The notes: generated from the sequence alone by a model not told the origin. Shown: positions 9,378 to 20,499, numbered from the stretch's first letter. The stretch: DNA of 64,000 nt from an uncultured Actinomycetota bacterium (GCA_963735115.1 CAVTJR010000003.1:1528884-1592883), one strand, 5' to 3'. Numbers and translations are program-made.

Positions 9378-9612
9378 TATGCGGGTGATCGGGTCGGGTT
9401 CAGGCTTGAAGCGAGCCGCGGTGAGGCCCCGCGCCGTGATCGGCTCAAAAGACCTGTCGGGGAGCAGTGGTCGTTCTGCTGTCGCCAGGAGGAGGCCGAG
9501 GTCATGAAAGGGTTGGCCGTCGCGACATGGCCGAGCCGAGTCCCCTTGACCGAAGGTTCACTAGAGGCGGTGGCGTGGCTTCGCACTTTGTGCGCTCAGG
9601 AGGAGGGCTGAC

Positions 9613-11334
9613 ATGCCCCGTCGGGCAACACCGGAGCTTCTCGCCGTAGCTCGGGGTGACGCGCCAGCCGATCTGCTCCTCACGGGCGGGCGTGTCTTCG
9701 TTCCGAGCACGCGCGAGTGGGTACTCACCGACCTGGCCATCTACAAGGGCGTGATTGCCGGGTGGGGACAACGTGAGGCCCTCCAGGTCGTCGACGTCTC
9801 CGGGACGTCGCTGACGCCCGCCTTCATCGACGCCCACATGCACCTCGAGTCCACCAAGCTCTGGGTGGACGAGTTCGTGCGGAGGGTGCTCCCCCACGGC
9901 ACGACCGCCGTGGCGGCCGACCCGCACGAGGTCGCCAACGTCTTCGGCATCCCCGGTGTTGTCGCCTTGGCCGAGGCGGCGGCTGGGCTGCCCTTCACCT
10001 TTGGCATCTGCGCCTCGAGCTGCGTGCCGGCGTCACATTTCGAGAGCCCGGGCGCCGAGCTCGGTCCGGGCGACCTCGCCTCCTTGCTGGACGACCACGG
10101 AGCGATCGGAGTGGCCGAGGTGATGAACTTCCCCGGCGTGGTCAATGGCGACCCCGAGGTGCTGGCCAAGATCGCCGCCGCTGGCAACCGTCGCGTCGAT
10201 GGACACGCTCCCGGTCTGTGTGGTCGCCAGCTCGACGCCTATCTGGCTGCGGGCATCGAGTCGGATCACGAGTGCACGGAGCTCGCCGAGGCCGAGGAGA
10301 AACGTCGCAAGGCCATGTGGATCTTCATCCGCGAAGGTTCGGCGTCGCGCAACCTCAGAGCTCTGATTCCGACCGTGATCCGGCACGGCACGGAGCGCGT
10401 TGCCCTCTGCACCGATGACCGCGAGCCGGACACGCTCCTTCGAGCCGGACACGTGAACGACTGCGTGCGCCTGGCGGTGTCGTGCGGCGTCCCGCTGGAA
10501 GACGCCCTCGTGCTCGCCACGAGCAACCCGGCCGATTACCACCACTTCGACCATCTCGGCTGGCTGGCACCCGGTTACCAGGCCGATGTGCTCTGCTTCG
10601 AGGACCTGGCCGGAGTCGTGCCCGCACGCGTCTGGCAGGCGGGCCGCCTCGTGGCCGCCGACGGTGCCGTCGTCGACGGGGCCGTTCCTTCCCGGCCGGC
10701 GCCCGACTTCATGCGCGCCTCGGTCCATCTCGATCCTCCACCGACGGCGGCGGATCTGGACCGCCGCCCACCCGAAGGTGGGCTGGCGCGTGTCATCGGG
10801 ATCGAGGAGCACTCGCTCACGACCCGCCAGCTCATCCTCGACGTCACGGACCCGTCGGTGGAGGTCTCCCGCATCGGGGTCGTGGAGCGGCACCGCCGCA
10901 CCGGTCGTGTCGGTCTCGGCTACGTCCACGGTTTCGGTCTCGCTCGCGGTGCCATCGCCTCGACGGTGGCGCATGACGCCCACAACTGCATGGTCGTGGG
11001 CGCCATCGACGCCACCGGTCCGCCCGACATGGCGGTCGCCGTCGCCAGGCTGGCGGAGATCGGTGGAGGCCAGGTGGCCGTTCTCGACGGCCAAGTGCTC
11101 GCCGAGGTCCCGCTCCCGATCGGTGGCCTCATGAGCGACCTCGACGCAACCACGGTCGCCGTCGAGGTGGAGCGGCTGGCCGAGACGGCCTCGAAGGCGC
11201 TCGGCATCAACATCGCCGCGCCCTTCATGCAACTCAGCTTCCTCGGGCTGTCGGTTCTGCCCGAGCTGAGGATCACCGATCGCGGCATCGTCGATGTGAC
11301 GACCTTCTCTCTGGTCGACGCGGCGGCAGGCTGA
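9613..11334 (+). CDS. ade: Adenine deaminase (AdeC-type, binuclear)
   Basis: FIDAHMHLES, DPHEVANV, AEVMNFPGV, DGHAP, SDHE, REGS, CTDD, STVAHDAHN; AGGAGG RBS. Confidence 0.95.
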   Translation: MPRRATPELLAVARGDAPADLLLTGGRVFVPSTREWVLTDLAIYKGVIAGWGQREALQVVDVSGTSLTPAFIDAHMHLESTKLWVDEFVRRVLPHGTTAVAADPHEVANVFGIPGVVALAEAAAGLPFTFGICASSCVPASHFESPGAELGPGDLASLLDDHGAIGVAEVMNFPGVVNGDPEVLAKIAAAGNRRVDGHAPGLCGRQLDAYLAAGIESDHECTELAEAEEKRRKAMWIFIREGSASRNLRALIPTVIRHGTERVALCTDDREPDTLLRAGHVNDCVRLAVSCGVPLEDALVLATSNPADYHHFDHLGWLAPGYQADVLCFEDLAGVVPARVWQAGRLVAADGAVVDGAVPSRPAPDFMRASVHLDPPPTAADLDRRPPEGGLARVIGIEEHSLTTRQLILDVTDPSVEVSRIGVVERHRRTGRVGLGYVHGFGLARGAIASTVAHDAHNCMVVGAIDATGPPDMAVAVARLAEIGGGQVAVLDGQVLAEVPLPIGGLMSDLDATTVAVEVERLAETASKALGINIAAPFMQLSFLGLSVLPELRITDRGIVDVTTFSLVDAAAG

Positions 11335-11337
11335 TCC

Positions 11338-12219
11338 GTGGCGGTCCTTGTGCCTCGTTCGCTAGACGAGGCATTCGCCATGCTCGAGCGGTCCCCCGAG
11401 GCCGAGCTGCTGGCAGGCGGCACGGACTTCATGGTGGAGGTGAACGCCGGCCTCCGGCGACCCTCCGCCGTGCTCTGTCTTGGACGCATACCCGAGATCG
11501 CCGGCTGGCGACGGGAGGACGGGCACGTGGTGCTCGGCGCCGGTCTGACCTACACCGAGATGATGGAGCCGGAGCTGGCCGGTCTCGTACCCGGGCTCGC
11601 CCGCGCCGCACGGACCGTCGGCTCGCCTCAGATCCGCAACGCCGGCACCGTCGGCGGCAACCTCGGCACCGCCTCCCCGGCCGGTGACTCGCTGCCGTTG
11701 CTGGCCGCCCTCGAGGCCACCGTCGTCGTCGGCCATCTCGCAGGCACGAGGCGCACGCTTTCCTTGAGCCAGCTCCTGACCGGCCCGAAGAGGACGTCAC
11801 TCGAGCCGGGCGAGATCATCCTCGAGGTGCGAGTGCCCGCCAATTTCGGCACGCAGGAGTTCTTGAAGGTAGGCACGAGAAACGCCATGGTCATCGCCGT
11901 CGCCAGCGTGGCGGTCGTCGTCGACTGGGTCGGCCACGGTGTGCGGATCGCCCTCGGTTCCGCTGGACCGGTTGTGATCCGGGCGACCGACGCCGAGGAG
12001 CTGGCGGAGTCGAGAATCGACTGGGAGGAGCGACGCCTCGCAGCCGGCGAGGACGACCTGAGCGATTTCGTCGACCTTGTTCGGGCTGCGGCGCGCCCGA
12101 TCGACGACCACCGCTCGACCGCCCAGTACCGCCGGCATGCCGTCGGGGTATGCGCCGAGCGCGCCCTGCGCCGGGCATTCCAGGGCGATGATCGCAAGGA
12201 AGAGCCATGGAGCAGCTGA
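11338..12219 (+). CDS. pucC: Xanthine dehydrogenase FAD-binding subunit
   Basis: PRSLDEA, LAGGTDFMVEVN, VGSPQIRNAGTVGGNLGTASPAGD, KVGTRNAMVIA, PIDDHRSTAQYR. Confidence 0.9.
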   Translation: MAVLVPRSLDEAFAMLERSPEAELLAGGTDFMVEVNAGLRRPSAVLCLGRIPEIAGWRREDGHVVLGAGLTYTEMMEPELAGLVPGLARAARTVGSPQIRNAGTVGGNLGTASPAGDSLPLLAALEATVVVGHLAGTRRTLSLSQLLTGPKRTSLEPGEIILEVRVPANFGTQEFLKVGTRNAMVIAVASVAVVVDWVGHGVRIALGSAGPVVIRATDAEELAESRIDWEERRLAAGEDDLSDFVDLVRAAARPIDDHRSTAQYRRHAVGVCAERALRRAFQGDDRKEEPWSS

Positions 12220-12707
12220 GCACTGAGGGATCCCTCCTCAGCTACACGCTTCGCGTGAACGGCCGCGACCGGCCGGTCAGCGATGCGCTCATCGAAGAGA
12301 ACCTCCTCTACGTCTTGCGGGAGCGGCTCGGCCTTCGCGGGTCGAAGAACGCCTGCGAGCAGGGCGAGTGCGGGGCGTGCTCGGTGATCCTCGACGGCAG
12401 GCTGGAGTGCGCCTGCACGGTGCTCGCCGCCAGCGCCGTCGGTCGAGAGGTCGTCACGGTGGAGGGTCTCACGCCTGACGGCGACGGGCTCTCGGACCTG
12501 CAGGAAGCCTTCCTCGCCGAGGGGGCCGTCCAGTGCGGCTTTTGCACTCCGGGACTTGTCGTGAGCGTGCACGACCTCCTTTCGCGCAACCCTCACCCGA
12601 CCGAACTCGAGATTCGCGAGGCCATCTCCGGCAACCTCTGCCGCTGCACCGGCTACGGCCGCATACTTGCGGCTGTGAAGGTGGCCGAGGAGATGCACCA
12701 GCCATGA
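12207..12707 (+). CDS. pucE: Xanthine dehydrogenase [2Fe-2S] subunit
   Basis: KNACEQGECGACSV, QCGFCTPG, GNLCRCTGY. Confidence 0.92.
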   Translation: MEQLSTEGSLLSYTLRVNGRDRPVSDALIEENLLYVLRERLGLRGSKNACEQGECGACSVILDGRLECACTVLAASAVGREVVTVEGLTPDGDGLSDLQEAFLAEGAVQCGFCTPGLVVSVHDLLSRNPHPTELEIREAISGNLCRCTGYGRILAAVKVAEEMHQP

Positions 12708-15064
12708 CCACCCTCGACACGCTCGCCGAAGCCGAGACGACCGATCGCACGGCGCAGGGCCTCGGAACGAGCGCCCGCCGGCCGGACGGGCGACCCAAGG
12801 TCCGGGGGCAGTTCGCCTTCTCGTCCGATCTCGAGGCGAAGGACATGCTCTGGGGCCAGCTGCTGCGTTCTCCCCACCCGTCGGCGACCATCCGCCACAT
12901 CGACGTGTCGGGCGCGTGGCGTATCCCCGGAGTCGTGTCCGTCCTCACTGCGGACGACGTGCCCGGCCGCAGCAGCTATGGACTCGACTACCCCGACCAA
13001 CCGGTCTTCGCCTCAGACGTCGCGCGCTACGCCGGAGAGCCCGTGGCGGCGGTGGCGGCTGACCACCCCGTGACGGCGCGACGTGCCGCCGAGGCCATCG
13101 TCGTCGACTACGAGGTGCGCGAGCCGCTCACCGACTCCGAGGCGGCCCTCACGGCCGAGCCGATCCACCCGCTCGGCAACGAGCTCTACCGTCAGACGAT
13201 CCGCCGGGGTGACCCTGCCGCCACTGGCGTCGTCTCGGTCGAGGGCCACTACGAGACCGGCATGCAAGACCAGGCCTTCATGGGGCCTGAATCGGGCCTG
13301 GCCGTTCCGGCGGCCGATGGCGGCGTCGACCTGTACATCGCCACACAGTGGCTGCACGTCGACCAGGACCAGATCGCCGCCTGCCTCGGCTTGCCCCTCG
13401 ACCTCGTGCGCGTTCACCTCGCCGGTGTCGGCGGGGCCTTCGGCGCCCGTGAGGACCTGAGCATGCAGGTGCAGCTCTGCCTGCTGGCGTTGCGCTCGGG
13501 CCGGCCGGTGAAGATCGTCTACTCGCGGGAGGAGTCCTTCCACGGCCATGTCCATCGGCATCCAGCGCGAATGTGGTACCGGCACACGGCCGATGCCACC
13601 GGCCGACTCGTAAGTGTCGAAGCCCGTATCCTCTTCGACGGCGGCGCCTACCTCTCGTCGTCAACGGCCGTGACGCTGAACGCCGCCTGCTTCGCCAACG
13701 GCCCCTACAAGGTGCCCAACGCCTTCGTCGACTGCACGGCGGTGCGCACGAACAACCCTCCATGCGGCGCCATGCGCGGCTTCGGCGCGGTCCAGGTGTG
13801 CTTCGCCCACGAGGCCCAGATGGACAAGCTCGCCGCTGCCCTTTCGATCGACCCAGTCGAACTGCGACTCTTGAACGCCTATGCGCCGGGAGACGAACTC
13901 ATCATCGGACAGGTGCTGACGGGGACGGCGCCGGTCGCCGAAGTCATCCGGGCGTGCGCGGCCGCCCCGCTGCCTCCCGGAAGTCCGGACACGGTGCCCG
14001 AGCTCGCCCTTCCCGGGGGTGCCGGCCGGACGGCCGAACGGCGGCGGGTGCGACGCGGGGTGGGTTTCGCTGTCGGGTTCAAGAACCTCATGTTCTCCGC
14101 TGGCTTCGACGATTACTCGACGGCGCGTTGCCGCCTCGAGGACGGTCAGGTGACGATCACGACCGCCGCTGTCGAGGTGGGACAGGGCCTCGTCACACTG
14201 ATACAGCAGATCGCCCGTGATGTGCTCGGAGTCGACGAGGTCGCCCTCGGAGAAGCTGCGACGGTTGGCATCGGCTCGGCAGGCTCCACCTCGGCGAGCC
14301 GCCAGAGCTGGATGACGGGGGGCGCGGTCGACAGCGCCTGCAGGACGGTCCGCGAGCGACTCCTCTCCTCCATCGCCCAGCGCTTCGAGGTGCCGCGTGC
14401 CGGTCTCGAGCTCGCCTCCGGCCGGGTCGTCTCCGCCGACGGTTCGTTCAACGTCTCCCTGTCCGAGGCTGCCGCCGGAGAGGTCCTCGAGGAGACGGCC
14501 GTCTTCCGCCACCCTGGGACAGCTGAGCTCGACGAGAACGGCCAGGGCGACGCCCATGTCTCGTTCGCTTTCGCCGCTCATCGGGCCGTCGTCGACGTCG
14601 ACCTCGACCTCGGTCTCGTCAAGGTCGTCGAAGTTGCCACTGTCCAGGACGTCGGTCGCGTCCTCAACCCCGTGCAGCTCCTCGGCCAGCTCGAGGGCGG
14701 CATCTCCCAGGGCGTGGGTTTCGCCGTGATGGAAGAGATCGTCCTCGACAAGGGGAAGGTGCGCAACCCTTCGTTCACCGACTACATCATCCCGACGGCG
14801 CTCGATATGCCACCGGTGAGAGTCGAGGCCCTCATCGAGCAGCCCGAGCCGGGCTCGCCTCTCGGTGCCAAGGGCGCCGGCGAGCCGCCGTCGATCTCGT
14901 CCACCGCCGCCGTCGTGGCGGCCATCCGCAACGCCACGGGTCTCGAGCTGGCACGAACCCCGGTGCGGCCGCAGGACATCGCCCTCGCCCTCGCCGGGCA
15001 ACCGTCCGAAGGGGCCGGCGAGGCCCCCGCCACCCCCTCGCCCGCAAAGGAGGCCATGCCATGA
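12704..15064 (+). CDS. pucD: Xanthine dehydrogenase molybdenum-binding subunit
   Basis: ATGA-coupled to the 2Fe-2S gene. [50 protein letters not shown]. Confidence 0.92.
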   Translation: MTTLDTLAEAETTDRTAQGLGTSARRPDGRPKVRGQFAFSSDLEAKDMLWGQLLRSPHPSATIRHIDVSGAWRIPGVVSVLTADDVPGRSSYGLDYPDQPVFASDVARYAGEPVAAVAADHPVTARRAAEAIVVDYEVREPLTDSEAALTAEPIHPLGNELYRQTIRRGDPAATGVVSVEGHYETGMQDQAFMGPESGLAVPAADGGVDLYIATQWLHVDQDQIAACLGLPLDLVRVHLAGVGGAFGAREDLSMQVQLCLLALRSGRPVKIVYSREESFHGHVHRHPARMWYRHTADATGRLVSVEARILFDGGAYLSSSTAVTLNAACFANGPYKVPNAFVDCTAVRTNNPPCGAMRGFGAVQVCFAHEAQMDKLAAALSIDPVELRLLNAYAPGDELIIGQVLTGTAPVAEVIRACAAAPLPPGSPDTVPELALPGGAGRTAERRRVRRGVGFAVGFKNLMFSAGFDDYSTARCRLEDGQVTITTAAVEVGQGLVTLIQQIARDVLGVDEVALGEAATVGIGSAGSTSASRQSWMTGGAVDSACRTVRERLLSSIAQRFEVPRAGLELASGRVVSADGSFNVSLSEAAAGEVLEETAVFRHPGTAELDENGQGDAHVSFAFAAHRAVVDVDLDLGLVKVVEVATVQDVGRVLNPVQLLGQLEGGISQGVGFAVMEEIVLDKGKVRNPSFTDYIIPTALDMPPVRVEALIEQPEPGSPLGAKGAGEPPSISSTAAVVAAIRNATGLELARTPVRPQDIALALAGQPSEGAGEAPATPSPAKEAMP

Positions 15065-16065
15065 CAACGCCCGTCGCTGTCTACCTGCAGGACGCCCATC
15101 CCATCCGTCAGGGGATGGAGATCGCCAAGTACGCCGAGTCGAAGGGCTTCCACGCCGTCTGGCAAGCCGAGAGCCGCCTCGTGAGGGAGGCGACTGTGCC
15201 GATGGCGGCGTTTCTGTCCGTCACCGAGCGGATCAAGGTCGGCTCCGGCGTGGTCAACAACTGGACCCGCAACCCGGCCCTCCTCGCCTCGACGTTCTCC
15301 ACCCTCGATGACCTCGCCCCCGGGCGCGTCATCCTCGGGATCGGGGCCTGGTGGGAACCACTTGCCAGCAAGGTCGGCATCAAGCGGGAGAAGCCGCTGC
15401 GCGCCATGCGCGAGACCGTGGAGGCCGTCCGCGCCCTGCTCACCGACAAGAACGTCACCTACGAGGGAGAGTTCGTCCACCTCGACGGTGTCGAGCTCGA
15501 TTACGTCTACCAGGAGCGGCGAGCAAAGGACGTGCCCATCTACATCGGCGCCACGGGGATGCAGATGATGGAGCTCGCCGGCGAGATCGGCGACGGTGTC
15601 GTGCTCAACTACCTCGTCTCGCCCGCCTACAACGACCGAGCCCTCGAGCACCTCGAGGTGGGTGCGCAGCGGGCAGGGCGCTCGGCCAGCGACATCGACA
15701 GGCCGCAGCTCGTCGTCTGCTCGCTCGACGAGGACCGCGAGGCGGCCCTCGATGCGGCCCGCATGCTCGTGACGCAATACCTCGGCCAGCAACCCCACAT
15801 CATGAAGGCCTCGGGCGTGCCCCAGTCGCTCCTCGACAAGATCGGCGAGGTGCTGACGTGGCCGGCGACCCACGAGCAGGTGGAGGCCGCCTCGAAACTC
15901 GTCCCGGACGAGATCGTGCAGATGCTGACGGCCTCGGGAACCGCCTCGGAGTGCCGGGCGCAGGTGGCCGAGTACGTGAGGCGGGGTTGCACCTGCCCGG
16001 TGCTCTACCCGCTCGGCCGGGATGTGCACGCCATGATCGACGCCTTCGCGGACTGGACCGCCTGA
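15061..16065 (+). CDS. Luciferase-like (LLM) oxidoreductase, Mer-like, probably F420-dependent
   Basis: ATGA overlap with the pucD stop. [17 protein letters not shown]...[23 protein letters not shown]...LAGEIGDG. Confidence 0.85.
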   Translation: MTTPVAVYLQDAHPIRQGMEIAKYAESKGFHAVWQAESRLVREATVPMAAFLSVTERIKVGSGVVNNWTRNPALLASTFSTLDDLAPGRVILGIGAWWEPLASKVGIKREKPLRAMRETVEAVRALLTDKNVTYEGEFVHLDGVELDYVYQERRAKDVPIYIGATGMQMMELAGEIGDGVVLNYLVSPAYNDRALEHLEVGAQRAGRSASDIDRPQLVVCSLDEDREAALDAARMLVTQYLGQQPHIMKASGVPQSLLDKIGEVLTWPATHEQVEAASKLVPDEIVQMLTASGTASECRAQVAEYVRRGCTCPVLYPLGRDVHAMIDAFADWTA

Positions 16066-16231
16066 GAGAACAGGGCTGGTCCCGAGCCGCCACCAGCCGG
16101 GCACCGGTGATGGCGCGCCGCGACCTCCCAGGCCTCGGTGCCGTCGGCCGGGGGTGCGAGGTTCGTCGCGACAGGCTGGCGAGCGCTGTGTCTACCCTGG
16201 ACAGGGCAGTCCGGCGTGAGAAGGGGAGACC

Positions 16232-16792
16232 ATGACCACACTGAAGAACCGGCCGAACACCGCCCTCCTCGTCGTCGACGTGCAGAACAGCGTCGTGGAG
16301 GGGGCTCACGAACGTGAGGCGGTCGTCGCCAACGTCGGCCGCCTGGTCGACAAGGCGCGGCGGGAGGGCGTGCCCGTTGTCTGGGTGCAGCACTCCGACG
16401 AGCACCTCGCCAAGGGGAGCGACGAATGGCGGATCGTCCCCGAGCTCACCCCGCAGGACGCCGAGCCGCTCGTCGAGAAGTCCTACGGCGACTCCTTCGA
16501 GGACACCAACCTCGAGAACGTGCTCTCCGGCCTCGGTGTCGGGCGGCTCGTCGTCGCCGGCGCACAAACCGACGCTTGCATCCGCTCGACCCTCCATGGG
16601 GCGCTCGTGCGGGGCTACGACACCACCCTCGTGAGCGACGCCCACACGACGGAGGACCAGACGGAATGGGGGGCGCCTCCCCCGGAGCAGGTCATCGCCC
16701 ACACGAACCTCTACTGGACCTACGAGACGGCGCCGGGCAGGACGGGCGGGACGGTCGAGACGAAGGACGTCGACTTCGCCGGGACGGCCTGA
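16232..16792 (+). CDS. Cysteine hydrolase / isochorismatase family amidase
   Basis: ALLVVDVQN (Asp), VEKSYGDSF (Lys), GAQTDACIRST (Cys), SDAHTT. Confidence 0.9.
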   Translation: MTTLKNRPNTALLVVDVQNSVVEGAHEREAVVANVGRLVDKARREGVPVVWVQHSDEHLAKGSDEWRIVPELTPQDAEPLVEKSYGDSFEDTNLENVLSGLGVGRLVVAGAQTDACIRSTLHGALVRGYDTTLVSDAHTTEDQTEWGAPPPEQVIAHTNLYWTYETAPGRTGGTVETKDVDFAGTA

Positions 16793-16868
16793 GCGCCGTC
16801 GTCTGCCGCGTCCTCAGCCCAGGACGGCTGGCGGGCTCACCCGACGGCGCACCACGCCGAGGCGGGTT

Positions 16869-17891
16869 TCAGAGGCGGGCGAAGAGCCGAGCCGCCTGCT
16901 CGCGGGCGCGTGCTCGGATCTCGGCCGGATCGACCCTCGTGGGCTGGCCGTCGCGCAGGACGGCCTCTCCGTCCACGACGACCTCGAGCGGGCGCACGCC
17001 GGGCGTGAAGGCGAGGTGCCAGGCGTCCATCGGCTCGTAGCTCCAGCGCACGCGGTCGTCACGCGCCTCTGGCACGAGCTCGTAACCGCCCTCCAGCCAG
17101 GACCAAGCCGCCGACGGTGCGGCCGTCACGTCGTCTTCCCGATGGCGGGCATACGCGACTCGGAACTCCTCGAGCATGTCGGCCCCGATGCCGTCGGTGC
17201 CGAGAGCCACAGTGCCCTCCCACCGAGCGGGACGGCCGTAGCCGACGGCGTTGTTCATGTTCGAGCGTGGGTTGTGTGCCACGGTGCCCCGAAGCGGTCG
17301 GTCGAGGTGCACGCAGTGGGCGAGCAGCCAATTGTCAGCCGCCACCGCCTCCAGCCGTCCGCCTGCGGCGGCGTCGACACGGTCCTCCGACACATGGATG
17401 TGCACGCCGGCCCCGAGGTCGGTAGCGAGTCCCACGACCTCCTCGAGCGTCGCTTCCGAGAGCGTGAAGCACGCATGGGCACCAACGAAACCTCGTCCGC
17501 CGCCTTTCAAGAAACGCTCGTTCTCCGCCAGTCCTGCCCTCGTTCCCGCTGCACCGTTGCGGTCCGTGACCTCGTAGCAGCACAGCGACCGCACGCCCAC
17601 CTCTGCACAGGCCTCGGCGATGACGTCGAGCGAACCCTCGATGGCGTTCGGCGAGGAATGATGATCGACGATGGCCGTGGTGCCGCCTTCGAGCGCCTCC
17701 AGCGCCCCCAGCAACGCCGACCAGCGGATCATGTCGAGGTCGAGGGCGCAGTCGAGCCGCCACCACACGAGCTCGAGGATCTCGGGGAAGTCCCTGGGCA
17801 CTCGCGGTGGCGGCGGCATCCCCCGGGCGAGGGCGGAGTACAGGTGGTGGTGTGCACAGACGAGCCCCGGCGTCTCCTCACCGGGCGTCAT
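16869..17891 (-). CDS. ssnA: SsnA-like metal-dependent amidohydrolase
   Basis: PGLVCAHHHLYSALARG, EILELVWWRLD, GTTAIVDHH, GAHACFT, HIHVSE, HNPRSNMNN, LGTDGIG. Start 17891 lies just after the upstream Mo-enzyme stop. Confidence 0.8.
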   Translation of the reverse strand: MTPGEETPGLVCAHHHLYSALARGMPPPPRVPRDFPEILELVWWRLDCALDLDMIRWSALLGALEALEGGTTAIVDHHSSPNAIEGSLDVIAEACAEVGVRSLCCYEVTDRNGAAGTRAGLAENERFLKGGGRGFVGAHACFTLSEATLEEVVGLATDLGAGVHIHVSEDRVDAAAGGRLEAVAADNWLLAHCVHLDRPLRGTVAHNPRSNMNNAVGYGRPARWEGTVALGTDGIGADMLEEFRVAYARHREDDVTAAPSAAWSWLEGGYELVPEARDDRVRWSYEPMDAWHLAFTPGVRPLEVVVDGEAVLRDGQPTRVDPAEIRARAREQAARLFARL

Positions 17892-17895
17892 GGGG

Positions 17896-20499
17896 TCATT
17901 CCTCGGACGAACCGGCTGAGGCGGCCACCGCCCGTCGCATGGGAAGCGTGTCCCTCCATTCGCCGTCGAGATCGTGCAACGCAGTCGCCACGGCTCCCGC
18001 CGTCGGGACGAGGCCGATCTCCCCCATCCCCTTGATGCCATACGGGCTTCGCGGCTGAGGCACCTCGACGAGGACCGCTTCGATGGGCGGGACATCCTTC
18101 GCTCGCAGGATGCCAAGACCCCGGAGCGTCATGTGCGTCGGGCGTCCGTCCTCGTCGGCAGGGAACTCCTCCGACAAGGCGTACCCGAGCCCCATGTGAA
18201 CGGCACCCTCGATCTGCCCTTCGCAGAGCATCGGGTTGACGGCGCGGCCGACGTCGTGAACGGCCACCACCTTCTCGATCTGGCTCGTCTCGCGATCGAT
18301 CGTCACGAGCTGGGCGGCATAGGAGAAGGCCGAGTGGATGATCGGGTTCTCCACCCCCTCGTCGAGAGAGTTCGTCCAGTCGACGCGGTACTCGCCCTCG
18401 TAGTCGACGCCCGGCTTGCATCCGTCCTCGATCGCCCGCTGGCAGGCGGCCGCGATGGCGCCCGCCCCCATCAGCGTGCCGCGGGAGCCGGTCGTCTGGC
18501 CTGCTCCGAGCTCGCGGGTCGTGTCCACGACGACCCGAACCCGCCCGGGGTCCAAGCCGAGCTCCTCGACGGCAACCTGCTGCGCGACGGTGTGGATTCC
18601 CTGTCCCATCTCCGTCCAGCAGTGGCGTACCTCGACGTCGCCGCTCTCGTCGAAACGCACGACTGCCCGCACGATCTCGAGGAACCCGTTGCCGAGGCCG
18701 GAGTTCTTCAGCCCGAGGCCGAGGCCGACGGCCTTGCCGGCCGCCACGGCGGCGTCGTAGGCAGGCTCGACGGCATCGAGGCAGGCGAGGGCGCCGAGGC
18801 AGCCGTCGTCCATCACCTGCCCCGGCCCCCAGACACATCCCGGACGGATGGCGTTGCGGCGGCGCATCTCGAGACCCGAGATTCCCACCTTCTCGGCCAA
18901 GCGGTCCATGACGCCTTCCATGGCGAACTGGGCCTGATTCGCACCAAAACCGCGGAAGGCGCCGCACACGGGGTTGTTCGTCCGCACCGCCAGGGCCTCG
19001 ACGTCGATCGCCGGCAGCACGTACGGGCCGGAGGCATGGCCGGCCGCCCTCTCGAGCACCTTCATGCCGACGGAGGCGTACGGCCCGGAATCGCCGATCA
19101 TGCGCGCCTTCAATGCGGTCAGCATCCCGTCGGCATCGCAGCCTGCCCAGTACTCGAGGCGGATCGGGTGACGCTTGGGATGGAGGAGGAAGGACTCCTC
19201 ACGCGACAACGTGCATTTCACCGGTCGCCCGAGCAGGAAGGCCGCCAGAGCAGTCTGCGCCTGGTTCGACATGTCCTCTTTCCCGCCAAAGGCTCCGCCG
19301 TTCGAGACCAGCTCGACGACGACCTGGGTTTCGGGGACGGCCAGGACGGAGGCGATCTGGTCGCGGTCGTCCCAAACCCCCTGCCCACCGGAATAGACCG
19401 TCAAGGTGCCGTCAGCTTGTGGCACGGCAAGGGTCGACTCGGGCTCGAGGAAGGCGTGCTCCACGCGCTGGGTCTGGAACACCTCGTGCAGGCGATGCTC
19501 CGAAGCGGCCAAGGCGGCCTCCACGTCGCCCCGCTGATAGGCGGAGCGGGAGAGGACGTTGCCGTCGAGCTCCCAGACGGCGTCCTCCGGGTCGTCGATC
19601 GCCGCCACGGCGTCGGTGAGCGCTCGCAGCGGCCGGTATTCGACATCGACGAGCTTGGCTGCCTCACGCGCCTCTGCGAGCGAGCGAGCGACGACGATGG
19701 CGAGGACGTCGCCGAGATAGGCGGTGCGCCCGCCCTCCGGGATGAAGACGGGCCAGTCGGTGTAGATGATGCCGACTCGGAGCTTGCCCGGTACGTCGGC
19801 TGCGGTGAACACGGCCTCCACGCCCGGCGCCGCCAGCGCCGGGCCGGTGTCGATGCGAACGATGTCGGCTCGGGCGTGGTCGGCCAGCCGGAGCGCCCCA
19901 TGGAGCATGCCGGGGACGCGCAGGTCGTCCACGTAGGCGCGATCCCCGAGAGCGAGCTGCAGGCTCTCGTACTTCGGGCTGCGAGCGCCTATGCCGTGCT
20001 TCGTGCCGTTCGTACCGTTCGTACCGTCGCCCGCCGCAACGAGAGGGGCCCTCCCGCTGGCGAGGAGCTCGACGGCGTCGAGGATCTTCGTGTAGCCCGT
20101 GCAGCGGCACAGGTGGGCACCGAGGTGGCGGGCGGCGTCCTCTCGGGTCAGCTCCGAGCCCTTCTTGTCGAGCAGCGCCTTCACGCGCACGACGATCCCC
20201 GGCGTGCAGAACCCGCACTGCAGGGCACCCGTGGCGGAGAAGGCGTTGGCGAAGCGCGCCCGCTCGTCCTCATCGAAACCCTCCAGCGTCGTGACGGACT
20301 TGCCGGCGACACGGGCGAGAGAGGTGCTGCAGCTGATCATTGCTTTGCCGTCGATGAGCACCGTGCAGCACCCGCACTGCCCCGACGGCGAGCAGCCATC
20401 CTTCGGCGAGGTGATGTCCAGCTCCTCGCGGAGGGCTGCCAGGAGATTGGGGTGCTCGCCGACCTCGACCAACTTGCCGTTCAACGTGAACTCGGTCAT
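17896..20499 (-). CDS. Fused [2Fe-2S]-molybdopterin hydroxylase (XdhD / Se-dependent xanthine dehydrogenase-like)
   Basis: N-terminal KDGCSPSGQCGCC, QCGFC, HLCRCTGY; then EHAFLEPES, GGAFGGKED, AFRGFG, EMGQG, TTGSRGT, KGMGEIG. Confidence 0.9.
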   Translation of the reverse strand: MTEFTLNGKLVEVGEHPNLLAALREELDITSPKDGCSPSGQCGCCTVLIDGKAMISCSTSLARVAGKSVTTLEGFDEDERARFANAFSATGALQCGFCTPGIVVRVKALLDKKGSELTREDAARHLGAHLCRCTGYTKILDAVELLASGRAPLVAAGDGTNGTNGTKHGIGARSPKYESLQLALGDRAYVDDLRVPGMLHGALRLADHARADIVRIDTGPALAAPGVEAVFTAADVPGKLRVGIIYTDWPVFIPEGGRTAYLGDVLAIVVARSLAEAREAAKLVDVEYRPLRALTDAVAAIDDPEDAVWELDGNVLSRSAYQRGDVEAALAASEHRLHEVFQTQRVEHAFLEPESTLAVPQADGTLTVYSGGQGVWDDRDQIASVLAVPETQVVVELVSNGGAFGGKEDMSNQAQTALAAFLLGRPVKCTLSREESFLLHPKRHPIRLEYWAGCDADGMLTALKARMIGDSGPYASVGMKVLERAAGHASGPYVLPAIDVEALAVRTNNPVCGAFRGFGANQAQFAMEGVMDRLAEKVGISGLEMRRRNAIRPGCVWGPGQVMDDGCLGALACLDAVEPAYDAAVAAGKAVGLGLGLKNSGLGNGFLEIVRAVVRFDESGDVEVRHCWTEMGQGIHTVAQQVAVEELGLDPGRVRVVVDTTRELGAGQTTGSRGTLMGAGAIAAACQRAIEDGCKPGVDYEGEYRVDWTNSLDEGVENPIIHSAFSYAAQLVTIDRETSQIEKVVAVHDVGRAVNPMLCEGQIEGAVHMGLGYALSEEFPADEDGRPTHMTLRGLGILRAKDVPPIEAVLVEVPQPRSPYGIKGMGEIGLVPTAGAVATALHDLDGEWRDTLPMRRAVAASAGSSEE

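Noticed and set aside
9256-9612. Purine or xanthine riboswitch upstream of ade or the transporters
   Set aside because: No purine riboswitch core was seen; the leaders are explained by the palindromic boxes.
20001-20028. 9-bp tandem repeat encoding GTNGTNGT
   Set aside because: Low-complexity interdomain linker in the Mo enzyme.
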